Source: Adineta vaga
Lineage: Eukaryota; Animalia; Rotifera
NCBI GenBank assembly: GCA_021613535.1
Contig: CP075494.1
Location: forward strand, 5,518,001 to 5,582,000
Direction: 5' to 3'
Length of the DNA stretch: 64,000 nt
Positions within the stretch are counted from its first letter, which is position 1; each line of letters opens with the position of its first letter. Position numbers and translations under genes: made by a program. Shown piece by piece: positions 63,827 through 64,000 of this stretch. Under the pieces are notes generated by a model that worked only from the letters and a program-made list of their open reading frames with translations, had not been told where the DNA came from and searched no databases.

Positions 63827-64000
63827 TTTCATTTTATTGTAAAGTTTTGATTTATATCAATAATATTTTTGGGGAAAAGTCATTTAGAACATTTTTAAAA
63901 ATTGTTTTTTAAGAACATTTCTATTTCTTTTATCAAAGCGTAAATAAAATTCTTTTATATAATTAGTAAACCAATGTTCATTGGTTCGGGAAATTATCAC

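Overview
AT-rich, gene-dense eukaryotic genomic DNA with many short (~45-65 nt) GT-AG introns. It is most likely from a bdelloid rotifer (inference from the gene mix: divergent nuclear receptors, rhodopsin-type GPCRs, an NHL-repeat protein, a receiver-like/ADP-ribosyltransferase/TPR protein and many non-metazoan-looking enzymes). About 30 genes are supported. Conserved animal genes: PIBF1/CEP90, cathepsin L, a TGN46/KCT2-like protein, a USP, a RING-TRAF E3 and an intron-containing tRNA-Tyr. Candidate horizontally acquired genes: GH141-like beta-helix, GH36-like, two CCR4-like EEPs, a bacterial-type EEP, a secreted DOPA-4,5-dioxygenase, a Rid-family protein, a BNR sialidase-like protein, and unusual E2 and vWA proteins. 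Features missing from the ORF track include a four-exon 70-aa micropeptide, an antisense gene nested in PIBF1 intron 1, a triplicated serine protease with a 12-nt microexon in each domain, two pseudogenes and a possible structured RNA. The best candidate for an undescribed system is a set of ADP-ribosylation/ubiquitin genes centred on 36.9-43.6 kb, which includes a stand-alone receiver-like module. All homology calls are by motif recognition only; no searches were run.
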